NCBI GenBank assembly: GCA_041577295.1
Contig: JBFGJG010000002.1
Coordinates: 103,039 to 167,038 of the forward strand
Source of the DNA: Gemmatimonadales bacterium
GTDB lineage: Bacteria; Gemmatimonadota; Gemmatimonadetes; Gemmatimonadales; GWC2-71-9
Length of the DNA stretch: 64,000 nucleotides
Direction: 5' to 3'
Shown: positions 8,975-17,953 of the stretch, piece after piece
Numbering within the stretch: the first letter of the stretch is position 1
How the letters are laid out: each line of letters starts with the position of its first letter
Notes under the pieces: generated by a model
Databases searched by the model: none
What the model was told of the DNA's origin: nothing
What the model saw: only the letters and a program-made list of their open reading frames with translations
Position numbers and translations under genes: made by a program

Positions 8975-10384
8975 ATGTCAGACATGCGTAAGACGAAGGC
9001 CGAGCTCCATGACGAGCTCGCCGCCCTCCGGAAGAGGATACGCGATCTCGAGTCGGACGCCGGGCACCAGGGTGGACGTTCATTGCAGACTTCTCGAGAC
9101 GAGGATGCAACGAATACCGCCCGCCTTCGCTTGCTCGAAGACGCAGCCCAGGTTGCGCAAACGGCTCGCGACACGCTATGGCGTCGAGTCGAAAGCTTGT
9201 GCAGTGCCGCAATTGGTATCACGGCGCAACACGACCTGGCACGGGTACTTCAGGAGGTCGCTGATTCCGCGCGCGAGGTGATTGGGGCACGCTACGCGGC
9301 TCTGGGGGTGCTCGATGCCGCGGGACTGGAGCTCGACCCGTTCATCGTCAGCGGTGTGACTGAAGAGGAATACCGGCAAATCGGTGACCCACCCAAGGGT
9401 AAAGGAATCCTCGGGGTCCTCATCGACGACCCGCGGCCGCTTCGCCTCAAGAACATCAGGCAACACGCCAAGTCCTACGGCTTTCCGTCCAACCATCCGT
9501 CGATGCACTCCTTCCTGGGTGTGCCGATCTTCGGTCGCACCAAGCCTATCGGCAATTTGTACCTCACCGAAAAGATCGGCGCGGAGGAATTCTCGCGCGA
9601 AGACGAGGCGTTAGCCGTCATGTTGGCCGCTCACGCAGCCGTCGCCGTGGAGAACGCCCGTCTCTACGAAGAGCGCGAGGCCCTACTCGAGGAGCTGCGC
9701 GGACTTCAAACGTCACGTGATCGTTTCTTTGCGATGATAAACCACGAGCTTCGCAACGCGATCACTGCGGTGCACGGGTGGACCGAGCTTTGGTTGCGGA
9801 AAGCGGGAAGCAATCCACCGCGGGCTGCCCGCGAGGTCAGCGAATCGGCCGAGCGCGCAGTGACGCTTCTCGAAGACATGCTCGATCTCAGCCGGCTCGA
9901 TGCGTCAAAGCTCGAGCCAAGAGTCGAAGAGGCGGACGCCGCCGAGGTCGTGCGGGAAGCAGTGGCTGCGCTCGAGCCCGTAGCCGAGCGGCGCCGGGTG
10001 GTCATCGAGACCGCTGGCATCAACGGTGTTTTGCCGTGCCGCACCGATCCGCTACGCATCCGACAGATTCTGATCAACCTCCTCAGCAACGCGGTGCGTC
10101 ACAGCCCCGAGGGCGAGCAAGTCACCCTGCGGGTGTTGGGTGACGACCGCTCGATGCGGTTCGAGGTGATCGACCGGGGAGACGGGATTCCCCAGGAGCA
10201 GCAAGGGCGAATCTTCGAGGCGTTCGAGCGCGCTGGCACAGATTCCGAACGCGGCACCGGCCTTGGGCTTACGCTGTCCAAGAAGCTCGCCCAGTTGCTG
10301 GGCGGTGATCTGTCGGTCACGAGCCAGCCGGGCGCGGGCGCTCGGTTCACGCTCGAAGTGCAACGCTACTTGACCCGATCATGA
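8975..10384 (+). CDS. Soluble sensor histidine kinase: coiled-coil, GAF, HisKA, HATPase_c (no cognate regulator directly coupled)
   Basis: GAF-like region (LQEVADSAREVIGARYAALGVLD...FLGVPI...IGNLYLTEK). H-box FFAMINHELRNAITAV. ATPase motifs NLLSNAVRHSP, DRGDGIP and GTGLGLTLS. Confidence 0.8.
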   Translation: MSDMRKTKAELHDELAALRKRIRDLESDAGHQGGRSLQTSRDEDATNTARLRLLEDAAQVAQTARDTLWRRVESLCSAAIGITAQHDLARVLQEVADSAREVIGARYAALGVLDAAGLELDPFIVSGVTEEEYRQIGDPPKGKGILGVLIDDPRPLRLKNIRQHAKSYGFPSNHPSMHSFLGVPIFGRTKPIGNLYLTEKIGAEEFSREDEALAVMLAAHAAVAVENARLYEEREALLEELRGLQTSRDRFFAMINHELRNAITAVHGWTELWLRKAGSNPPRAAREVSESAERAVTLLEDMLDLSRLDASKLEPRVEEADAAEVVREAVAALEPVAERRRVVIETAGINGVLPCRTDPLRIRQILINLLSNAVRHSPEGEQVTLRVLGDDRSMRFEVIDRGDGIPQEQQGRIFEAFERAGTDSERGTGLGLTLSKKLAQLLGGDLSVTSQPGAGARFTLEVQRYLTRS

Positions 10385-10442
10385 GGATTCGTTCACAGTC
10401 GCTTCAGCCACCCATAAACGGACCCCGAATAGTCTTCACACT

Positions 10443-11129
10443 ATGAGAATTCTAGTGGTGGAAGACGACCGTAAGGTCGCTGGTTTCATTGAGATGGGCC
10501 TCCGTGAGGAGGGGTACGCCGTCGATGTCGCAAAGGATGGGGAGGAGGCAGCAACCCTCGCCCATGTCAATGACTACGACGCAATCCTACTCGACCTGAT
10601 GCTCCCCAAGAAGAACGGGCTTCAAGTCGCCTCCGAACTGCGTCGGGAGGGCCGACGGACCCCGATCCTCATGCTGACGGCCAGGGATGCCACGGAAGAC
10701 GTGGTGCGGGGGTTGGATGCGGGCGCGGACGATTACTTGACCAAGCCGTTCAAGTTCGATGAGCTGCTGGCAAGAGTCCGTGCGCTGGTACGCCGTGGCG
10801 GGGCGGCTCGCCTCGAGCGCGTGAGCTATGGCCCGCTCGAGCTCGACCGTCTGAAGCACAAGGTCTTTGCCAATGGCCGCGGGCTTGAACTCACGCCGCG
10901 GGAGTTCCAGCTACTCGAACACTTCATGCTCCACCCGGAGATCGTCGTCCGGCGCACGGAGCTGCTCGAGAAGGTGTGGGACATGCACTTCGACCCCGAG
11001 AGCAACGTGGTTGACGTGCACATCGGCAACCTGCGACGTAAGCTGCGCGACGCCGGGCATGATAGGCTGATCCACACGGTGCGTGGAGTAGGTTTTCAAC
11101 TGAAGGTACAGGACACGAACGGAGGGTAA
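10443..11129 (+). CDS. OmpR/PhoB-family response regulator (receiver plus winged helix)
   Basis: MRILVVEDD...ILLDLMLP...ADDYLTKPF receiver domain. C-terminal winged helix LTPREFQLLEHF...VRGVGF. Confidence 0.9.
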   Translation: MRILVVEDDRKVAGFIEMGLREEGYAVDVAKDGEEAATLAHVNDYDAILLDLMLPKKNGLQVASELRREGRRTPILMLTARDATEDVVRGLDAGADDYLTKPFKFDELLARVRALVRRGGAARLERVSYGPLELDRLKHKVFANGRGLELTPREFQLLEHFMLHPEIVVRRTELLEKVWDMHFDPESNVVDVHIGNLRRKLRDAGHDRLIHTVRGVGFQLKVQDTNGG

Positions 11130-12511
11130 TGCGTTCCCTTCGCCGCACGCTTGCCGTGCGGTTCTGCATCACCGTTTTCTTTGCGCTCCTCCTCATCGCG
11201 CTGTGGGCCCATTTGGGTGCACGGCGTATTCTGTTGCGGGAGCTGGACCGGGGTCTTGCCGCTGCCTCGGAGCTCGAGGCAGACGTGCTGGCGGCCGGAC
11301 ACCAGATACCGCGACACGTAGAAAGCCCTGATTTGCCCGTGTTCGTTCGCACCGTGAACCGCTTCGTGGTGGTCCGGGCTCCGGACGGCACGATGCTGGC
11401 TTCCAACACCGCGCTCGCACACGATCTCCCGTTTGACGAGGAAGGTCTTCGCAGGGCACAACAAGGTGAGCGCGTCTGGGTTAGCCAAACCTGGAACGGA
11501 ATCAAGATCCGATCGATCTACGCCCCCAGGGGCCATGGTTCAGCGAGCGGCAGCATCATTCAGGTCTCGGCATCCCTAGCACCGATCCGCACCGCCAATC
11601 GCGAGATTCTCTTTCTCATGCTCGGCACCGTGTTGTTGGGTACCGTGGCGACGACCATTGGCGCCGCATGGCTCGCGGGGTCTGCGATGCTACCCGTATT
11701 CGAGATTGCTGAGCAAGCTGAGAACATCAAAGCGGGAACAGTGGGGCAGCGCATCACCGTCCACGGGGACGTCGCGGAGTTACAGGGGCTGACGACCGTG
11801 CTCAACAGCATGCTCGCGCGCCTCGATCAGGTGGTCGCGTCGCAACGTCGCATGATCTCCGACGCCGGTCACGACTTGCGCACGCCCATCACGGCCATGC
11901 GTGGAGAGATCGAGGTCGCCCTCCGCGGTGAGCGGACTCCGGCAACGTATAAGGAGATCCTCGCGAGTGTCATGGAGGAGGTGCAGCGCCTCGAATCGAT
12001 AAGCGAATCGTTGGTTCTCCTGGCGAGAATAGACTCCGGTGCGCTGGCGCCTAATCGGATCGCGACCCCGCTCCAGCCGTTGCTGGAGCAAGCGGTACAT
12101 CGGGCAGAGCCACGGGCAAACGGGCGGCGGATCTCACTGCGCGAGCAAGAGGGCGAGCCCACAGCAGATGTGGACGAGCACATGTTCGCCTTGGTCCTCG
12201 ACCACCTGTTGGACAACTCGCTGCGTCACACACCAGACGGGACCACGGTCAGCCTCGGGGCCTTCAAACGCAAGCACCACGTCGACATCACCATCGAAGA
12301 TGACGGGCCCGGAATTCCGGAGGATCGCCTCCCCCATCTCTTCGAACGGTTCTATAGAGATGATTCGGCTCGCACCCGCACCGCCGGTGCTGGCCTGGGG
12401 CTGTCGATCGCCTGGGCAATCGTACAGGCACATGACGGAACGATCGAGGCACGCTTGGGACAGCAGGGAGGTCTCCTGATCACCATATCCCTCCCACACC
12501 ACGAGTCGTAG
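11129..12511 (+). CDS. Membrane sensor histidine kinase (2 TM, periplasmic loop, HAMP, HisKA, HATPase_c), partner of the OmpR-type regulator
   Basis: ATG overlaps the regulator stop. H-box MISDAGHDLRTPITAMRGE. ATPase motifs DNSLRHTP, DDGPGIP and GAGLGLSIA. Confidence 0.85.
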   Translation: MRSLRRTLAVRFCITVFFALLLIALWAHLGARRILLRELDRGLAAASELEADVLAAGHQIPRHVESPDLPVFVRTVNRFVVVRAPDGTMLASNTALAHDLPFDEEGLRRAQQGERVWVSQTWNGIKIRSIYAPRGHGSASGSIIQVSASLAPIRTANREILFLMLGTVLLGTVATTIGAAWLAGSAMLPVFEIAEQAENIKAGTVGQRITVHGDVAELQGLTTVLNSMLARLDQVVASQRRMISDAGHDLRTPITAMRGEIEVALRGERTPATYKEILASVMEEVQRLESISESLVLLARIDSGALAPNRIATPLQPLLEQAVHRAEPRANGRRISLREQEGEPTADVDEHMFALVLDHLLDNSLRHTPDGTTVSLGAFKRKHHVDITIEDDGPGIPEDRLPHLFERFYRDDSARTRTAGAGLGLSIAWAIVQAHDGTIEARLGQQGGLLITISLPHHES

Positions 12512-12613
12512 CCGCAGTCATTCTTCACCTCGCATTCCAGAATTGTTCACACCCCGCGGTGATCTTGGTGAGACGCGACGATCGCCGAGGAAGTTTCGAA
12601 GCTAGGTGACGGA

Positions 12614-12820
12614 ATGCAGAAGAACGTCAGTCAGGTGGACGCCCTGATCCGCGGGATCAGTGGAGTGCTCCTCTTCGCTCTCGCGGCAGCTTTCAACGCC
12701 CGACCGCTTTTCTCTCTACTCCTGGCGTTGATCGCCTTGGTGCTGATCGGGACGGCCCTGACACACAACTGCCCCCTGTACAGTGTGCTCAGAACCGGGA
12801 CCAGATCGGGAAAGCACTAG
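12614..12820 (+). CDS. DUF2892-type small membrane protein (YgaP C-terminal-like)
   Basis: 68 aa with two hydrophobic helices and the characteristic ...D.LIRGI.G... and ...CPLYSVL... motifs. Confidence 0.6.
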   Translation: MQKNVSQVDALIRGISGVLLFALAAAFNARPLFSLLLALIALVLIGTALTHNCPLYSVLRTGTRSGKH

Positions 12821-12940
12821 CAGCCAGCAAGTCTGGCGCTGGATGGCCATTCGTATCTAACTTGCGTGCCGCGTACCAAGGAACACCGTGAGCCGGCGTT
12901 CACCGGGACCGGCTCTCACCGCTCAGACAGGAGAAGGACG

Positions 12941-13339
12941 GTGAGGTATTTCGTCATCACACTCAGCATGACGCTGGCTGCGAGCGTCGCGGCTTCCACA
13001 CCTGCTGGCGCGCAGGAGACCGCCGGCAAGCTCCCAGCTGGGGTCACCCAGGAGATGATCTCGCAAGGCGCGTCGGTGTTCACCGGGGCAGGAATCTGTG
13101 CAGCTTGTCACGGACCTGAAGCTAAGGGAATTCCTAATCTCGGCGCCGACCTCACGGACGATAAGTGGGTCCATAGCGACGGCAGTTACGAGGGGATCCT
13201 CGAGACTATCAAGAACGGTGTAGCACCTGCGAAGTCCACAACAGGTGCTGCCATGCCCCCCAAAGGCGGCAGCAACATCTCCGAGGAGCAAATGAAGTCC
13301 GTGGCAGCGTACGTTTGGCGTCTGTGGAATCGGAAATAG
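12941..13339 (+). CDS. Periplasmic monoheme class I c-type cytochrome
   Basis: Signal peptide VRYFVITLSMTLAASVAASTPAGAQE. Heme motif CAACHG. Distal Met region (GAAMPPKGG). Start set at GTG 12941, preceded by GGAGAAGGA. Confidence 0.75.
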   Translation: MRYFVITLSMTLAASVAASTPAGAQETAGKLPAGVTQEMISQGASVFTGAGICAACHGPEAKGIPNLGADLTDDKWVHSDGSYEGILETIKNGVAPAKSTTGAAMPPKGGSNISEEQMKSVAAYVWRLWNRK

Positions 13340-13539
13340 CGACTTGCGCGATCTGTTACGGTCGCGCGGCGTTGTCGTCACTCTGTTGTTACACTTCCCC
13401 CCTAGACTGAATTGCGTGCCGGATAACACTCGAGGAAGTCGGGAACCGCATCGACGCTAATCGTACCGGCGCCTAAGCAAGCACAAGCAACGAGGCCAGT
13501 CATTCGGGACTCGCCGAATGCTGGTTGAAGGGAGAGGTG

Positions 13540-14643
13540 ATGATCCCCCCCCAAACCGCGTTATGGAACATGGTTCGATTCGTCGTCGCGCTTTGTGCCC
13601 TGGGGAGCAGCCTTTACACGACCGCCGATGCGCAAGTCGAGGTTCGCTCGAATGCCGTCCAGATTACGATTACCGGACGCCTGCACGCGCAGTTCAATAC
13701 CACGTCGGTGACCGATGAACCGGAGGCCGAGTTCCTCATTCGTAGGGCCCGTCTAGCTGCGGAGCTCAGGATCAACGATTTCGTGAGCGGGAAGGTCGAA
13801 CCGGACTTCGGTGAAGGCAAGATCGCTCTCAAGGATGCCTGGGTGCGCCTGACCTTCGACCGGGCGTTTCGAGCCACCGTCGGACAGTTCAAACGACCAT
13901 TCGACCTGTTCGAGCTGACTAGCTCCACCCAAATCTTGGTCGTCGAACGGACCGGGGAGGTCCGCGGAGTGGATTCCTGTGCAGGTCCCGGCGGCACCTG
14001 CACCTTGAGCCGCCTCACCGAGAAACTCCAGCTCAGCGACCGCGACATTGGGGTAATGTTCGACGGCACGGATCCGGAGGGCAAGTTTCGTTACATGGTT
14101 GCCGTCACAAACGGCACGGGGTCGAATACGGAGGACGAAAACGGCTCTAAATCATTTTCGGGTCGCATCGCGGTGACTCCCGTCAAGGACGTGACCATCG
14201 CTGGCAACGTGGCAGCCCACGACTATTTGCTACCGGTCGCGCCAGATCTCGCGAACAACGAGTTTGCGGTGGCGTATGGCGGCGACATCGAGGTTGGAAA
14301 CTTCAACAGCGGACTGCACTTCCAGGGCGGCGTGGTCGCCGGGGACAACTGGTTGAACCTGATCGCGGACGAGCCCACGACCTTCGTGACCGCACAGGGA
14401 ATTCTCAGCTGGAAGGTACCCGTGAACGAGAACCGGTTCGTGTCGGCACTCGAGCCTCTAGCGCGCGTGAGTTGGGCCGATCCGAACACCGACCTCGCTG
14501 ATGACGAGGGTGTTCTGGCCACGGGAGGACTCATGGTCCATTTCACCGGTCGGAACAAGATTGCTGCCAACGTCGACGTGTGGTCTCCGGTTGTCGGAGA
14601 TTCCGAATACTCGATCAAAGTGCAGTCCTACCTCTACTTCTAG
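13540..14643 (+). CDS. Outer-membrane beta-barrel porin (OprO/OprP-like fold suspected)
   Basis: Signal peptide ending ADAQ. Alternating beta-strand pattern. Segments typical of phosphate-selective porin families (RRARLAAE...DFGEGKIALKDAWV...GQFKRPFDLFE). C-terminal ...SYLYF. Confidence 0.55.
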   Translation: MIPPQTALWNMVRFVVALCALGSSLYTTADAQVEVRSNAVQITITGRLHAQFNTTSVTDEPEAEFLIRRARLAAELRINDFVSGKVEPDFGEGKIALKDAWVRLTFDRAFRATVGQFKRPFDLFELTSSTQILVVERTGEVRGVDSCAGPGGTCTLSRLTEKLQLSDRDIGVMFDGTDPEGKFRYMVAVTNGTGSNTEDENGSKSFSGRIAVTPVKDVTIAGNVAAHDYLLPVAPDLANNEFAVAYGGDIEVGNFNSGLHFQGGVVAGDNWLNLIADEPTTFVTAQGILSWKVPVNENRFVSALEPLARVSWADPNTDLADDEGVLATGGLMVHFTGRNKIAANVDVWSPVVGDSEYSIKVQSYLYF

Positions 14644-14789
14644 GCCCGTTAAGCCGCCTTCATAAACCGGCCACACCGGCTTCATAAACGCCCCGCATAA
14701 TTCCACGAGGTTTGTGTGGGGTGGCTCGTATTGTCCCTTGTTGACGGCCTCCGCACCGCATTCGCCGCATCAACTGGAGTTGTCAAGCG

Positions 14790-15221
14790 ATGGACAGTCG
14801 ACTGTTTGCTTGTGTACTGCTCGCGACCATCACCGGTGCTGGTTGTACTGGCAATGCTGAGATGGGAAATGCGCAAGAGCGGAGCGGCGACGAGGGCGCA
14901 CGCTCTGCTGTTGCGGCGGAAGCACCGCCAAGCGGGCCCGTAAACCAGGAGATGGTGCAAAGAGGTGCACAGCTCTTTCAATCGAAGGGCTGCATTGGTT
15001 GCCACACTATTGGTAAGGGTCGCTTGACGGGACCAGATCTATCAGGTGTGACCGAGCGTCGAGATTACACCTGGATCATGGCCATGGTGATCAACCCCGA
15101 TTCCATGCTCAAAAACGACGCGACGGCACGAAAACTCCTTGCTGAGTACATGACCCCTATGATGAATGTTGGCGTGACGCGGGAAGAGGCACGCGCAATC
15201 TACGAGTACCTCCGTCAATAG
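14790..15221 (+). CDS. Lipoprotein-type monoheme c-type cytochrome, likely electron donor to NosZ
   Basis: Lipobox LLATITGAGC. Heme motif CIGCHT. 64 nt upstream of nosZ on the same strand. Confidence 0.75.
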   Translation: MDSRLFACVLLATITGAGCTGNAEMGNAQERSGDEGARSAVAAEAPPSGPVNQEMVQRGAQLFQSKGCIGCHTIGKGRLTGPDLSGVTERRDYTWIMAMVINPDSMLKNDATARKLLAEYMTPMMNVGVTREEARAIYEYLRQ

Positions 15222-15285
15222 TACGGAGGGGGTTCGGCTGCCTTGGCGTGGCGTGACGGCACCCCATCACAACGGAGTAATCTCA

Positions 15286-17247
15286 ATGCGATCGAATCGA
15301 ATCTTGGGAATCGTTACCGCGGCTGCTGTGGTCGCGCTCGTGACAGTCGCTGGGCTTCAGTCGTGTGCAGGACCTGGAGCGACCGCGGATGTCGGATCGA
15401 TTGCTCGGGCACGGGGCTTGAGCGACGCAGATGTCGTTGCAGCGGTCAAGACTTACCAACCGACCGGGCGCACCGACGAGTACATCCTGTTTGCATCAGG
15501 AGGTCACTCGGGTCAGGTGTTGGTAATCGGTGTGCCGTCGATGCGCCTGCTCAAGGTAATTGCGGCGTTCACGCCTGAGCCGTGGCAGGGCTTCGCCTAC
15601 GGCGCGGAAGAACACAAGGCGCTCATGGCCAATGCGCGCATGTCAGATCACGACATCACATGGGGTGACACCCATCACCCCGCGCTGTCCGAAACCGACG
15701 CGGATTATGACGGGCAGTTCCTGTTCATCAACGACAAGGCGAACCCCCGCATCGCCGTCATCGACCTGCGTGATTTTGAGACGAAGCAGATCGTGACGAA
15801 TCCCAATATGGGAACCAATCACGGCGGCGCGTTCGTCACCCCGAATACCGAGTATATCATCGAGGGTGCCCAGTACTCGGTGCCTTTGTGGGTGGACTAC
15901 GCCGACGTCGACCGGTACAAGGAGGACTATCGGGGTTTGGTCACAATGTGGAAGTTCGACCGCGAGCGTGGCCGTATCGATGAGGGCCGGTCCTTCTCGA
16001 TCGAATTGCCCCCGTACTGGCACGACCTCGCCGACGCGGGTAGGGGTCCGTCGGCCGGCTGGGCGTTCCTGAACTCCTTCAATACCGAGATGGCCACGGG
16101 TGGAATCGAGGCTGGCAATCCGCCGTTCGAAGCTGGTGCCTCACAGAACGACATGGATTACCTCCACGTCATCAACTGGCAACTGGCGGAGCAGGTCGCT
16201 GGCCAAGCGGGGAAGACGCGCATGGCCCGGGGGCAACGGGTGATCCCGCTGCAAACCGCAATTGACGAGGGAATCTTGTTCTTCATCCCCGAGCCCAAGA
16301 GCCCACACGGCGCCGACGTGACTCCAGATGGCCGATACCTCATCGTCTCCGGCAAGCTGGACCCGCACGTCACGGTGTACTCCTGGGAGAAGATTCAGCA
16401 GGCGATCGAGGACAAATCGTTCAGCGACACCGATGCGTACGGTGTGCCCATCATAGATTTCAATTCGGTCATTGATGGACAGCTCGAGGTTGGGCTCGGC
16501 CCGCTGCACACGCAGTTTGACGGTGAGGGCAACGCCTACACGAGCATCTTCTTGGACACCAAGGTCACGAAGTGGAGTCTGAATCCGCTTCAAGTGGTCG
16601 ACCAGATCGACGTACACTACAATGTTGGTCACCTGGCAGCGGCCGAGGGTGATACCCGCTCGCCAGATGGTAAGTACCTCATCGCGATGAACAAGTGGTC
16701 GATCGATCGATTCAACGATGTCGGACCACTGCTGCCCCAGAACTTTCAGCTGATCGACATTACTGGTGACGAGATGCAGCTGCTCTACGACATGCCGATC
16801 GGTATCGGTGAGCCGCACTACGCACAAATGATCAAATCCGACAAACTGCAACCGTTCCGCGTCTATCCGCAGATCGGATACGATCCCGGCATCATGGGTC
16901 CGGCGGAGCATGCTGTCCAGGCTGGCCAAGAGGGCATCGTGCGGCGTGGAAACGAAGTGACCGTTCGTATGACGGCCATCCGCAGCCACTTCACGCCCGA
17001 GTACATCCGCGTGCGGCAGGGCGATCGGGTCACGATACACATTACCAGCACTGAGCAGGCGCACGACGCCACGCACGGCTTCGGCATCACTAAGTACAAC
17101 ATCAACCTGAGCCTCGAGCCAGGTGAGTCGCAAACGGTCACGTTTGTCGCTGATCAGGCCGGGGTTTTCCCGTTCTACTGCACCGAGTTCTGCTCGGCGC
17201 TTCACCTCGAAATGACGGGATACTTGCTAGTCGAGCCGCGCGGCTAA
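15286..17247 (+). CDS. nosZ: Nitrous-oxide reductase NosZ, clade II (Sec-dependent) type
   Basis: C-terminal CuA motif HGFGI...CTEFCSALHLEM. Long His-bearing propeller region. N-terminus MRSNRILGIVTAAAVVALVTVAGLQSCAG has no twin-arginine motif. GGAG lies upstream of ATG 15286. Confidence 0.95.
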   Translation: MRSNRILGIVTAAAVVALVTVAGLQSCAGPGATADVGSIARARGLSDADVVAAVKTYQPTGRTDEYILFASGGHSGQVLVIGVPSMRLLKVIAAFTPEPWQGFAYGAEEHKALMANARMSDHDITWGDTHHPALSETDADYDGQFLFINDKANPRIAVIDLRDFETKQIVTNPNMGTNHGGAFVTPNTEYIIEGAQYSVPLWVDYADVDRYKEDYRGLVTMWKFDRERGRIDEGRSFSIELPPYWHDLADAGRGPSAGWAFLNSFNTEMATGGIEAGNPPFEAGASQNDMDYLHVINWQLAEQVAGQAGKTRMARGQRVIPLQTAIDEGILFFIPEPKSPHGADVTPDGRYLIVSGKLDPHVTVYSWEKIQQAIEDKSFSDTDAYGVPIIDFNSVIDGQLEVGLGPLHTQFDGEGNAYTSIFLDTKVTKWSLNPLQVVDQIDVHYNVGHLAAAEGDTRSPDGKYLIAMNKWSIDRFNDVGPLLPQNFQLIDITGDEMQLLYDMPIGIGEPHYAQMIKSDKLQPFRVYPQIGYDPGIMGPAEHAVQAGQEGIVRRGNEVTVRMTAIRSHFTPEYIRVRQGDRVTIHITSTEQAHDATHGFGITKYNINLSLEPGESQTVTFVADQAGVFPFYCTEFCSALHLEMTGYLLVEPRG

Positions 17248-17258
17248 CAGCGGCGGCT

Positions 17259-17324
17259 CCCATCACCCGTTACCGCCTTTTCACAGGCTCAAGAGCCTGT
17301 GGGAAGGCGGTGGCGGGTGATGGG
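17259..17324 (+). promoter_or_regulatory. Long imperfect stem-loop between nosZ and nosB (intra-operon attenuator or mRNA-stabilising element)
   Basis: CCCATCACCCG/TTACCGCCTT/TTCACAGGCTC-aa-GAGCCTGTG/GGAAGGCGGT/GGCGGGTGATGGG. About 28 paired positions in three helical segments. Starts 12 nt after the nosZ stop. No U-tract follows. Confidence 0.5.
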
Positions 17325-17347
17325 TCGCTAGCGAGATACTACACGAC

Positions 17348-17953
17348 ATGGACAAACTGACATCATTCTTTCAGGGACAGCTTTCGCCGCTCAGTCGGAT
17401 CCTGATGGTGGCGGCGACTTTAGCGCTGTTGCCCACTGTCCTGCTCCCTACGTGGAATATCACGCTCAAGGCTCCGCAATATCCTCAGGGGCTGGAGCTC
17501 ACGATTTATCCCAATACGGTTGCCGGCGATATCAGAGAAGTGAATCTCCTGAATCACTACATTGGAATGGATGAGATCGAGCCAAACGAATTTCCGGAGT
17601 TTCGGTTCATTCCGTTCTTCATCCTTCGCTTTTTTGGCTTCGCGTTGCTGGCAGCGCTGATTGGCCGCATGCCCATCGCGGCGTTGGGATGGATGGACTT
17701 CGTACTCTTTGGCGTTGTGATGCTCTACACAATGCAGCACTGGTTAGCAGAGTATGGCCAGAATCTCGCTCCCACCGCGCCTCTGAAAATCGAACCGTTT
17801 ACGCCCCAATTCATCGGCAACACGGCGATCGGACAGTTCAGCGTATCCAGCTGGCCGGGGTCGGGAGCCATCTTAATGGCGGTTGCAGGTCTGATCGGCC
17901 CCGCGATCGTGCTCTATGAATGGCGACGCATGCGGCAGGTGGCCGCCGCGTGA
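17348..17953 (+). CDS. nosB: Four-TM membrane protein in the nosB position of clade II nos clusters
   Basis: 201 aa with four predicted TM helices and a roughly 60-aa loop after TM1. It lies immediately downstream of nosZ, and its stop overlaps a GTG in the nosD frame (GTGA at 17950-17953). Confidence 0.55.
   Translation: MDKLTSFFQGQLSPLSRILMVAATLALLPTVLLPTWNITLKAPQYPQGLELTIYPNTVAGDIREVNLLNHYIGMDEIEPNEFPEFRFIPFFILRFFGFALLAALIGRMPIAALGWMDFVLFGVVMLYTMQHWLAEYGQNLAPTAPLKIEPFTPQFIGNTAIGQFSVSSWPGSGAILMAVAGLIGPAIVLYEWRRMRQVAAA

Noticed and set aside
16141-17205. 354-aa minus-strand ORF antisense to nosZ
   Set aside because: No motifs. The nosZ frame is unambiguous (CuA site). GC-rich shadow ORF.
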